This document shows, piece by piece, positions 6,138 through 14,766 of a stretch of 15,668 nt of DNA; position 1 is the stretch's first letter, and each line of letters opens with the position of its first letter. The stretch is from an uncultured archaeon. Lineage in GTDB: Archaea > Asgardarchaeota > Lokiarchaeia > Sigyniarchaeales > SOKP01. The translations under genes were made by a program, and so were the position numbers. The notes under the pieces are model-generated. The model searched no databases. It saw only the letters and a program-made list of their open reading frames with translations, and was not told the origin of the DNA. The stretch is from positions 1-15,668 of the forward strand of contig CAZWEM010000071.1 in the NCBI GenBank assembly GCA_964632315.1. The letters are read 5' to 3'.

Positions 6138-7139
6138 TTAAACACTTAAATCTCTGAAGTATGCTTGGATCTTGAAAAGATATCTATTCAAGTCCTTGAG
6201 CTTTTTAATTTTAACGTCAGTTCCAATTATCTTTTCAATCACTTCATTCATTACCTGAAGATCCTTATAAGCTTTAAAACTATTTATTTTTTGATTTTGT
6301 AGATTTCCTTTCCACGGCATTAATCCTGGATATGCTGTAATAGGACGCATTTCAATATCCAATTTCTTTCTGTAATCTTTTGTCAATGGTTTTAAACTCG
6401 ATTCATCCCATTTATGAAGAATCCAAGGACTATAAGAATGAAGTTTATCATAATCTAATTCTAAATCCTCCCTCCATTCAAATTGATGATCCCAATTTGC
6501 TGTAGCAAAATAATTTTGATTGAACATTTTATTTATAGGAAAATATTTCCAATTGTTTCTATCAATTTCTTCGCTTTTAAAAGGAACTCCTTGCCCATAT
6601 TGGAAAAAATATCCTAATGGTTTAAACTTCGGGTCCTCCTTTGGTATATATTTAAAATGAACTTCGATTTGAGAGATATCTAATTTACTACCAACCAATT
6701 CATCTTGATAAAGTTTATATATGATATTTTTAGCTTTATTAGGATAAGCTTTTCCCGTAAAAATTGGATAATATATTATAGAGTAATACCTCCCATTTAC
6801 AGGGGAAGAGTATTCGTAAATCTCAAACCAACATTCTTTCAGTTTAATATTCACATTTGATTTTATGTAATTATATAAAAAGAAAGCTGAAGCTAAAATA
6901 GCAATTCCTAAGATTAAATAAAACAAGTAAGGATTAAAATATACAGAAATAAATATAATTGAAATTGCAATGTAGATTAATAAGAGACCTAAAATAAAGA
7001 GAAATGAAATCAATGATTTGAAAGCATCTGGTTCTTTATCCCTCTTGGAATGCATAATACTAGGAGCATACTTTATGATTAAATCTTGATCGTATTGTTC
7101 AATAAAATCCTGAAATTCAATTTGTGTCCATTCATTCAT
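6138..7139 (-). CDS. Hypothetical membrane protein with 2 TM helices and an aromatic-rich soluble domain (Vps62/NPP1-like by motif pattern)
   Basis: 333-aa ORF; TM hairpin LISFLFILGLLLIYIAISIIFISVYF / YLFYLILGIAILASAFFLY; KYAPSIMHS...EP N-terminal motif. Confidence 0.75.
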   Translation of the reverse strand: MNEWTQIEFQDFIEQYDQDLIIKYAPSIMHSKRDKEPDAFKSLISFLFILGLLLIYIAISIIFISVYFNPYLFYLILGIAILASAFFLYNYIKSNVNIKLKECWFEIYEYSSPVNGRYYSIIYYPIFTGKAYPNKAKNIIYKLYQDELVGSKLDISQIEVHFKYIPKEDPKFKPLGYFFQYGQGVPFKSEEIDRNNWKYFPINKMFNQNYFATANWDHQFEWREDLELDYDKLHSYSPWILHKWDESSLKPLTKDYRKKLDIEMRPITAYPGLMPWKGNLQNQKINSFKAYKDLQVMNEVIEKIIGTDVKIKKLKDLNRYLFKIQAYFRDLSV

Positions 7140-7323
7140 AATTCATGCAAAATTTCTTGTTTTAGGGTATTTTAAAGATGCTATAGTACATTTATAATAA
7201 ATTTTGATTAAAAATTTTTTGACTATTCTAGATAATTTTATTCTTTCTATCTTAAAAATAAATAAATCTAACCTCTATGTTATTTTTAATTGCGATTCTT
7301 CATTTCAATAATTGATATCAAAG

Positions 7324-9639
7324 ATGGATGATTTTGAGGCTTTTTTAAGTTATATAAAATCTCAAGATTTTTATAGTGGACAGATAGTACATATCGAGAC
7401 TTTACCTGAGTTAAAAGCTCGCTATGGAAACCTAGAACGTCCGATAAGAAAAAGGCTTCAACGATGGTTGGATAAAAGTAATATTTCTCTTTGGAATCAT
7501 CAAGCAGAAGCAATTAATAGTATAAGAGAAGGAAATAATACCGTTATAACAACATCGACTTCTTCGGGTAAATCATTAATTTATAATATATCTGTACTTG
7601 ATGAAATTTTTAAAAATGATAAATTGACGGCTCTCTATATTTTTCCGACAAAAGCCTTAGCGAGAGATCAATTTGTAGTCCTTTCTGATTTATTAAACGA
7701 GACAAATATTAAACAAAATAGAATTGGGATTTATGATGGCGATATTGAACCCAATGAGAAACGTCTCGTACTTGCAAATGCAAACATAATAATTTCCAAT
7801 CCTTTTGGCTTGCACTTTTATTTACCATGGTTTAAACAAAAGTGGAGAAGATTTTGCTCTAATCTAAAATATATTGTGTTAGATGAGATCCATGTATATA
7901 GAGGAATCTTTGGGTCTAATTTTGCTTTACTACTTAGACGATTGAAAAGAATTCTTAATGAATTCGGAGTGACACCAATTTGGATCCTTTCAAGTGCCAC
8001 AATCTTCAATCCTAAGGAATTTTGCGAAAAACTAGTTGGTGAAGAATTTCATCTTATAGATAGAGATGATTCCCCTTCAGGCGCTAAAAAAGTAATTTTA
8101 TGGGACCTACCTTATGATAAAATATCAAATAAATATCGTTCTGCTCATCAAGAAACCAAAAATCTATTTATAACCCATTTAAAATATCCCAAATCCATTC
8201 AGACTCTTACTTTCACTTTATCTCGTAAAATGGCAGAGTTACAAGCCATTTGGACCAAACAAGCTTTACCAATTATGAAAGATCAAATCGTTAGCTATAG
8301 AGCGGGCATCACGAAAAAAAAAAGGCGTCAAATAGAACAAAAATTTAAACAAAAACAAATCTTAGGTATCAGTTCTACAAATGCATTAGAGTTAGGGATT
8401 GATATTGGATCTCTAGATGCTACCATAAGTTCAGGATTTCCTGGAACTCTTTCCAGTTTTAAGCAGCAAATAGGAAGATCTGGAAGAACAGGGAGTTTAT
8501 CAATATCGACTTATATTCCTATGCAAAATCCCCTCGATCTTTTTTATGTTCATAATCCTGATAAGTTATTTGGAAAGATTCGAGAAGAGATAATGATTAC
8601 TTTAAAAAATAAATACATCCTAAAAAATCACCTTTGCTGTGCTTCAAAAGAATCTCCCTTAACTTTAGATGAATATCACGCGTTTGGGATTGAAGATGTT
8701 AACTTATATAAGAAATGTATTGAAGAACTAGTGGAAGAATCTCTTCTCATGAAAAGAAGTAACAAGTATTATTGGAGGGGTGATTTTTTCCCAAATGAAC
8801 GCTTCAGTTTAGAGGACCTTTCTACTAGAAGTTATAAAGTAATAATGATGACAAAAACTGGTCAAGAAATGTTAACGGTTGAAGATGAAAGTTATGTATT
8901 TCGTGATTTGCATCCCGGAGCAGTTTACCTATTTGAAGCTGAAACTTACAGGGTTATTTATCTCGATATTGAGAGAAAGGAGGTTCTAATTAAGAGGGCT
9001 GAAGTGGATTATTATACTCAATCTCTTAAACATACGGAAATAACTCCATTAGAAGTAATATATGAAAATAGTAAAGATTCTAACCAAATTATCAACAGTG
9101 CATTTGGACGCGTTAAAGTTAAACATGATTATTATTCATATAAAGTTATTGATACGTTCACTCAGGAAATACGTTCAAGACATCCTCTTGATGAAATTCC
9201 CGTCATTAGCTATGAAACCGTTGCATTTTGGTTTTATATTCCTTTTGAGTATCAAAAAGAGTTAGAGTCTAATGGCTTTGATTTAGGAGGGACAATACAT
9301 GCTATAGAACATGCCATGATTGCTATTGCTCCGAATTTAGCACAAATCTCTAGATGGGATTTAGGTGGCGTGTCTATAGATTTTGATCCCGTTAAACAAC
9401 AACCAATCATATATATCTATGACGCATTTAGAGGTGGTATCGGAATATCTGAATTATTATTTTTTAACTTGCATGAATTATTAAATTTAACTTATAATTT
9501 GATTAATACTTGTAATTGTAAGGCTCCAAATGGATGTCCAGGTTGTTGTTTGAGTCCTAAATGTGGTAATCAAAATGAACCGTTAGATAAATATGGTGCA
9601 ATTTTCTTATTAAAGAAAATTCTACAAATTAACGATTAA
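7324..9639 (+). CDS. SF2 DEAD/DEAH-box helicase with C-terminal DUF1998 Zn-binding domain (Hrq1/MrfA/SftH type); ATG 7324 preferred over TTG 7312
   Basis: LWNHQAEAI (Q motif), TSTSSGKS, FPTKALARDQ, LDEIH, SAT, STNALELGIDIG, QQIGRSGR; C-terminal HAIEHA, IYIYDAFRGGIG and CNC..NGCPGC..SPKCGNQNEPLDK. Confidence 0.95.
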   Translation: MDDFEAFLSYIKSQDFYSGQIVHIETLPELKARYGNLERPIRKRLQRWLDKSNISLWNHQAEAINSIREGNNTVITTSTSSGKSLIYNISVLDEIFKNDKLTALYIFPTKALARDQFVVLSDLLNETNIKQNRIGIYDGDIEPNEKRLVLANANIIISNPFGLHFYLPWFKQKWRRFCSNLKYIVLDEIHVYRGIFGSNFALLLRRLKRILNEFGVTPIWILSSATIFNPKEFCEKLVGEEFHLIDRDDSPSGAKKVILWDLPYDKISNKYRSAHQETKNLFITHLKYPKSIQTLTFTLSRKMAELQAIWTKQALPIMKDQIVSYRAGITKKKRRQIEQKFKQKQILGISSTNALELGIDIGSLDATISSGFPGTLSSFKQQIGRSGRTGSLSISTYIPMQNPLDLFYVHNPDKLFGKIREEIMITLKNKYILKNHLCCASKESPLTLDEYHAFGIEDVNLYKKCIEELVEESLLMKRSNKYYWRGDFFPNERFSLEDLSTRSYKVIMMTKTGQEMLTVEDESYVFRDLHPGAVYLFEAETYRVIYLDIERKEVLIKRAEVDYYTQSLKHTEITPLEVIYENSKDSNQIINSAFGRVKVKHDYYSYKVIDTFTQEIRSRHPLDEIPVISYETVAFWFYIPFEYQKELESNGFDLGGTIHAIEHAMIAIAPNLAQISRWDLGGVSIDFDPVKQQPIIYIYDAFRGGIGISELLFFNLHELLNLTYNLINTCNCKAPNGCPGCCLSPKCGNQNEPLDKYGAIFLLKKILQIND

Positions 9640-11471
9640 ACCAAATGATGCAGCTCTAATTCCCTCAGTTTTTCTTTCAATGGAATACCAGTTTTACTAT
9701 CCCAACCTTTATAATCATAAAACAGTTTCTTTAATTTTTCAAAGTTTGGAGTTTTACCCGCCGCTCCACCTTCATTAAAAGGCTGTAATAAAATGTTCGG
9801 TAATCTATCATCTTTAGAAGTTAAACCCATTTTAATATTGAAAAGACGTTTTAAATTGGCAATTCTTTCACCAAAAATTTTCACCTCGTTTAATCCAAAC
9901 TTGATCCCTATCGCCGTTTCTATTAATTCAGCTACTTGTGAAGGGAGAGGATTGCAAAAAGAACACATAATAATTGAGCCATATAATGCTCTGTAATCCA
10001 TAAGTAAGGAACATACTTCTGCCATTTCTTCATTATCTAAGAATTTATCGATATTTCTAATTCCTATTTCTTCAAAAGGTACGCCTAATAAAGCGTAGTA
10101 CGCATCTAAAAGGTTATGCGAGGGGCCTTTCAGGCCCATTCCATACGCTATAGCCATTCCATAATTTGAACGCAAGTCATGATAAGTTACCTCCATTCCA
10201 TTAACCGTTGCGATCTCATCTAAAGAAATGTTAAATTTTTTAGCAAATGCATTCGATCCTTCTGCGAGTAAATTACCGATCCCTTCCCTATATGAGATTT
10301 TATGCAGCATTTTCTCGATAAAACTAATACTACCCCATGCAGGAGTTATATCATCTAAATCTCGTGAGGAAATATTTCCTTTTTCAAAATGATGGTTCAA
10401 ACAAGCTATGATTGCTCCCGAACTAATAGTATCTATACCATAATCAAAACATAATTGATTAATATGGGTTATTGATTCAAGATTATCATTTAAATTCAAA
10501 CTCCCAAAGCTCACTAAAGTTTCATATTCTGGACCTTCCATCTCATCAGTCTTGTACTTTCCCTCATCGATCTTTATTCTTCTTCCGCATCCAATCACGC
10601 AAGAATGACAAAATCTATTTTTAACGAGTATTCTTTCAGCCATAGTAGCTCCTGAAATATTATATACTCCTTCCCATTGAGCTTGAGAAAAGTATTTGAT
10701 GGGAATTTCTCCCGTCGTATTATACATGTCCATTCCACCAGAAGTGCCAAGTTCTGCTAACATTTGAGTAGCAAACGATGCTTTTACCGTATCACGGGCT
10801 TTTGCTACAGCCTCTCTAAATTTTTCAGGCTCAGCAACCTCAGCTTTTAATAATTCCCCCTTTATCACTATTCCTTTTAATAATTTTGATCCTAAGATTG
10901 CACCCATACCGGTTCTTCCTGCAGCTCGTTCTTCAGAAATGATATTTGCAAATTTAACTCGATTTTCTCCAGCGGGACCAATACAAGCAACTCTAGATTT
11001 CTCATCTCCCATTTCTCTCTTTAATATCTCAGTAGTTTCATAAGTTCCTTTGCCCCATATTTTCGTTGCATCTTTTAATTCTACTACTTCATTTACTATC
11101 TTAAGATAAGATGGATTTTCCGCTCTACCAGTAATTATTATTCCATCATAACCTGCTTTTTTTATTTCTGCTCCAAACCAACTCCCACAATTTGATTCTG
11201 CCCACATTCCGGTATATGGAGACTTTGAGCACACAACCCACCTACCCGTATTAGGCGCAAACGTTAAATTTAATGGGCCTGTCATTATCATAATAATATT
11301 CTCTGGAGATAAAGGTAGGGTCTTCTTGTTCAACCTTTCTATTAAATATCTACAAGCATAACCAGCTCCTCCAAGGAACTTTTTTGCAAATTCTTCATTT
11401 AAAGCCTTAACTATCCACTCTTTCTTAGTAAGATTGATTTCAAGTAATTTTCCTCTAAAGGATTTCAGCAT
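9636..11471 (-). CDS. aor: Aldehyde:ferredoxin oxidoreductase family (tungsto-bispterin, 4Fe-4S)
   Basis: KSPYTG..ESNCG..FGAEIKKAGYDG, CIGPAGEN, RAAGRTGMGAILGSK, CHSCVIGC, EGPEYET, DYGIDTIS, MCSFC, DDRLP; 611 aa. Confidence 0.95.
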   Translation of the reverse strand: MLKSFRGKLLEINLTKKEWIVKALNEEFAKKFLGGAGYACRYLIERLNKKTLPLSPENIIMIMTGPLNLTFAPNTGRWVVCSKSPYTGMWAESNCGSWFGAEIKKAGYDGIIITGRAENPSYLKIVNEVVELKDATKIWGKGTYETTEILKREMGDEKSRVACIGPAGENRVKFANIISEERAAGRTGMGAILGSKLLKGIVIKGELLKAEVAEPEKFREAVAKARDTVKASFATQMLAELGTSGGMDMYNTTGEIPIKYFSQAQWEGVYNISGATMAERILVKNRFCHSCVIGCGRRIKIDEGKYKTDEMEGPEYETLVSFGSLNLNDNLESITHINQLCFDYGIDTISSGAIIACLNHHFEKGNISSRDLDDITPAWGSISFIEKMLHKISYREGIGNLLAEGSNAFAKKFNISLDEIATVNGMEVTYHDLRSNYGMAIAYGMGLKGPSHNLLDAYYALLGVPFEEIGIRNIDKFLDNEEMAEVCSLLMDYRALYGSIIMCSFCNPLPSQVAELIETAIGIKFGLNEVKIFGERIANLKRLFNIKMGLTSKDDRLPNILLQPFNEGGAAGKTPNFEKLKKLFYDYKGWDSKTGIPLKEKLRELELHHLV

Positions 11472-11607
11472 TTATAAGCACTAATTTAAGTTTTTAGATT
11501 TCTATATATTTACTATTTATTTAATTTTAATTCTTAAAATTCAAAAGAAGGAATATTTATTGTTAATTAAGGAAAATTTTAATTAAAAAAGAATTTTTTA
11601 TCGGATT

Positions 11608-12114
11608 ATGACATCAGATATGACTCTCAAATGGAATGATTTAATTTCACCCACTATTACTCCAAAGGAATATTTAACTCAATTTTCAGATAAAGTCGGT
11701 ATGATATATAAAAATTATGAACCAAAGAAGGATATTTTAAAGAAGATCTCAACTTTACTGCAAGAAAAGAAAGAAAAACTTAAGATAGTAGCATTAGGAG
11801 CGGATTGGTGCCCCGATTGCTCAAGAAATATACCCCGAATGATTAAAATAACTGAAAAAATTCCTTTAGTAGTGATAGAATTTAAAATCTTATATGGAAT
11901 AGTAGTAAACGCCCTACACAAACCAGGAGAGGTAATTTGGCATAAGAAACGATCTCCTCCTGAAGCGGCAAATCCTAAGTTTAATTTAAAAGCAATTCCC
12001 ACATTTTACTTTTTTAATAAAGATGGTAAGTTATTAGATGTAATTATAGAAAAGCCAAAGATAAATTCCAGTTTAGAAGAAGAATTGCTTGAGATTTTAG
12101 AAAATCACCTCTAA
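11608..12114 (+). CDS. Thioredoxin-like protein (WCPDC)
   Basis: LKIVALGADWCPDCSRNIP active site and cis-Pro motif AIPTFYFFNKDGK. Confidence 0.88.
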   Translation: MTSDMTLKWNDLISPTITPKEYLTQFSDKVGMIYKNYEPKKDILKKISTLLQEKKEKLKIVALGADWCPDCSRNIPRMIKITEKIPLVVIEFKILYGIVVNALHKPGEVIWHKKRSPPEAANPKFNLKAIPTFYFFNKDGKLLDVIIEKPKINSSLEEELLEILENHL

Positions 12115-12141
12115 TTTTTTTCTACCATTAATATTTAAATA
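12115..12141 (+). promoter_or_regulatory. Oligo-T terminator of the thioredoxin gene followed by a TATA box for a probably leaderless DUF4139 transcript
   Basis: T7 run at 12115-12121 directly after TAA; TTTAAATA at 12134-12141 ends 22 nt before ATG 12164. Confidence 0.45.
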
Positions 12142-12163
12142 AGTGCATAGCGATATTTACTCT

Positions 12164-14203
12164 ATGTTCAAATTAAAAGTTAAGAAAGTTATCATATTTA
12201 AACATGGAGTTTCCTATTTTGTTTTAAAAGGTGAAATTAAGGGAAATGGGTCCTTTGAACTAGAATTTAAAATCGATGAAATGGATGATATCTTGAAATC
12301 CTTATTTGTTATCGATACAAGTGAAAAAGGATACATAAGTTCAATAAGCTATGATGCCGCTTTAGATGCGACGCAACTTTTAAAGTCAATTATGTTGGAT
12401 ATTCCTGATGTAGATTCTTTTTCTTCTTTAGTCACCCAAATCAAAGGAGCTTCAGTGAAGTTATCTATTGCTGCGGGAAAAAGTTTAAATGGTACCATTA
12501 TGGGTATAGAAACAAGTGAAAAAATAGTTAAAAATGAGATTATTAAAGAAAAATTCCTAGTGATGCTCCAAGATGATGATTTCATAGTGAAAATTGCATT
12601 CCCCGAAATCAAGCATTTTGAAATATTAAATGAAGATCTCAAGAAAGACCTCAAATTCTTTTTAGATACCGTGATAACAGGGAAGAAAAAAGACGCTAAA
12701 AAAATAATCATAAATTGTGAATCAGGTGGTGCAGATCAATTAGAACGAGACATATTTGTTTCCTACATTCGAGAGAGTCCCATCTGGAAGACTTCCTATC
12801 GATTAATTATGAGTAAGGAACAAGAACAGGAAAATAAATGCTTACTTTCTGGGTGGTGTATGGTAGAAAACACCACAAATCAAGACTGGGAAGAGATTGA
12901 GTTGTCATTAGTCGCTGGTATGCCAGTATCATTTAAATATGACTTTTATAAACCAATTTTTATCCAACGCCCAATTATTCACCCTCCGAAAGTTTTAAGC
13001 GCTCGTCCTACTGAAATAGAAGAAGGATTGACCAAAGAAAGATTTCGGGATTTCGCAATGGCAGAGGAACCACGGGCAGAAATGGCTAGGGTAAAGAAAA
13101 TGAGAGCACCTCCAGCACCCGCTGCAGCACCTAGTGGTGGAATTCGATTCAATGCGAGAATGGGTTTGTTAGATGATTCAATTCTCGAAGAAAAATTTAA
13201 GGCACAAACTAAGACACAAACAAAGGATTTAGGGGAACTATTTGAATACAACATTTCAAATCCAGTCACTATTAAAAGGAAACAATCAGCACTAGTACCG
13301 ATACTGACTGAAGCGATTAAAGCTAGAAGAATTTTATTATTTAACATGAATGAATACGAAAAAAATCCAAATGCTTGTTTAGAAATTACTAATAACACGG
13401 ATTTGATCCTTGAGAGAGGACCCGTGACTATAATTTATGATGATAATCTCGCAGGAGAAGCGATCATTCCTTTCTTAAACAAAGATGATACCCGATTATT
13501 GAACTATGCTGTGGAACAAGCAGTTATAATTAATTGGGAACAAAAAAGTGAGGATCTAAATGTCCATAAGGTTAAGTTTGGAAGTGGATATTCATATGAA
13601 TATTATTACACGGATCTCTATACAGAGTACAAGATAAAAAATAAAACTAAGCAAGAGAAGATATTATACTTAGATCACCCAAAAAGATCTGGATATAAAT
13701 TTATCGAACCTGCTTTAGAACCAGAAGAAACAGAAAATTTCTGGAGGTTTAAGATTACCTTAAAACCCAGTGATGCCATCAACTTTAAATTGAAGGAAAG
13801 AAAGGAAATCTACTCTAGTAACTATATCTGGAACTGGTCTAGAGACACTTTGCTAGATCGAACTACTTTCTATTTAAAACACAAATTTATCGATGAAAAA
13901 CTCGAAAAAGAATTAAAAGAAATCGCAGAAATGATTGGAAAATCGCGAGATTTGAAAGCAAAGAAAGATAAATTAAATGAAGAACGGTCTATGATGACAG
14001 ATGAGCAAGCAAGATTAAGAGAAAATATATCCGTGTTAGGAGAAGACACCCAATCTCTCACTTTAAAAGAAAAATACGTGAGCAAATTAAGTCTCCAAGA
14101 AAATCGGTTTGAAGAAATCACTTCTGAATTAGACCAACTGGAACAAAAGATTGTAAAAATCGATAAAACTATTGAAGGTCGCTTGAACGCTTTAAAGGTT
14201 TGA
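12164..14203 (+). CDS. DUF4139 (with N-terminal DUF4140-like region) family protein with C-terminal coiled coil; ATG 12164 preferred over GTG 12143
   Basis: VKKVIIFKHGVSYF, MDDILKSL, PIWKTSYRL, GWCMVENTTNQDWEEIELSLVAG, GELFEYNISNPVTIKRKQSALVP, LERGPVTI; heptad-rich C-terminus EQARLRENI. Confidence 0.85.
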   Translation: MFKLKVKKVIIFKHGVSYFVLKGEIKGNGSFELEFKIDEMDDILKSLFVIDTSEKGYISSISYDAALDATQLLKSIMLDIPDVDSFSSLVTQIKGASVKLSIAAGKSLNGTIMGIETSEKIVKNEIIKEKFLVMLQDDDFIVKIAFPEIKHFEILNEDLKKDLKFFLDTVITGKKKDAKKIIINCESGGADQLERDIFVSYIRESPIWKTSYRLIMSKEQEQENKCLLSGWCMVENTTNQDWEEIELSLVAGMPVSFKYDFYKPIFIQRPIIHPPKVLSARPTEIEEGLTKERFRDFAMAEEPRAEMARVKKMRAPPAPAAAPSGGIRFNARMGLLDDSILEEKFKAQTKTQTKDLGELFEYNISNPVTIKRKQSALVPILTEAIKARRILLFNMNEYEKNPNACLEITNNTDLILERGPVTIIYDDNLAGEAIIPFLNKDDTRLLNYAVEQAVIINWEQKSEDLNVHKVKFGSGYSYEYYYTDLYTEYKIKNKTKQEKILYLDHPKRSGYKFIEPALEPEETENFWRFKITLKPSDAINFKLKERKEIYSSNYIWNWSRDTLLDRTTFYLKHKFIDEKLEKELKEIAEMIGKSRDLKAKKDKLNEERSMMTDEQARLRENISVLGEDTQSLTLKEKYVSKLSLQENRFEEITSELDQLEQKIVKIDKTIEGRLNALKV

Positions 14204-14326
14204 ACAGATTTTAATTTTTTTCTATTTATTAATTAATAAAAAATCGAGGTAAAATTCATTAAGATCAAATTCATGCAATAATTAGATCAATTCAAAAATG
14301 ATGTATCGCTATTATTGAACTAAAAT

Positions 14327-14334
14327 AGGTGATC
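14327..14334 (+). promoter_or_regulatory. Archaeal-type Shine-Dalgarno AGGTGATC
   Basis: AGGTGATCAACATG directly precedes ATG 14338. Confidence 0.7.
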
Positions 14335-14337
14335 AAC

Positions 14338-14544
14338 ATGTCCGTAGAAGAATTAGAAGATCAGGTCGAAAAGCTTCTAGATGAAAGAGATAAATTAGAG
14401 GAAATCTGTGACACCCTTCCTAAATGTGAGGAAGATGATGGATGTGACACTTGTCAAAATTACAAGAAAATTGCTGAACTCGATGACAAAATTGAAGCTC
14501 TAGAAGAGAAGATCGAAGCTTTAATGGGAGAAGAAGAGGATTAG
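14338..14544 (+). CDS. Small acidic coiled-coil hairpin protein with CX5CX5CX2C motif
   Basis: MSVEELEDQVEKLLDERDKLEEI-CDTLPKCEEDDGCDTC-QNYKKIAELDDKIEALEEKIEALMGEEED; strong RBS upstream and T-rich terminator downstream. Confidence 0.8.
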   Translation: MSVEELEDQVEKLLDERDKLEEICDTLPKCEEDDGCDTCQNYKKIAELDDKIEALEEKIEALMGEEED

Positions 14545-14561
14545 TTATAATTAGCACGGTC

Positions 14562-14583
14562 TTTTTTATTTTTAGTTTTTGTT
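14562..14583 (+). terminator. Oligo-T archaeal terminator
   Basis: TTTTTTATTTTTAGTTTTTGTT 17 nt after the stop codon. Confidence 0.5.
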
Positions 14584-14766
14584 CTAAGTCTAATCTATTG
14601 TTTAAGCCACTTTTTTTTAAATTTTAGTTAATTTAAACCTAAAAATTTAATCAAAACATAATTTTCTTAAGTTGGATAGTAAAAAAAATTAATATATAAA
14701 CTCATATTCTCCACTTTATACTAATTCTACATCCAAAATATAAAATAAAAATAAGTGTGAAACATA

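Noticed and set aside
7140-7150. AATTCATGCAA shared with 14268-14278
   Set aside because: A single 11-bp AT-rich match between two intergenic regions could easily be chance.
7324-9639. DISARM/Druantia-type defence system suggested by DUF1998
   Set aside because: No methylase, PLD nuclease or other defence genes nearby; the architecture is the housekeeping Hrq1/MrfA type.
7286-9996. Short ORFs 7286-7513, 7818-8009, 9062-9265 and 9793-9996
   Set aside because: Nested in or antisense to the helicase or aor genes; no motifs.
11715-14121. Minus-strand ORFs 11715-12002, 12349-12711, 12979-13398 and 13870-14121
   Set aside because: Antisense shadows (Phe/Ser/Ile-rich) of the thioredoxin and DUF4139 genes.
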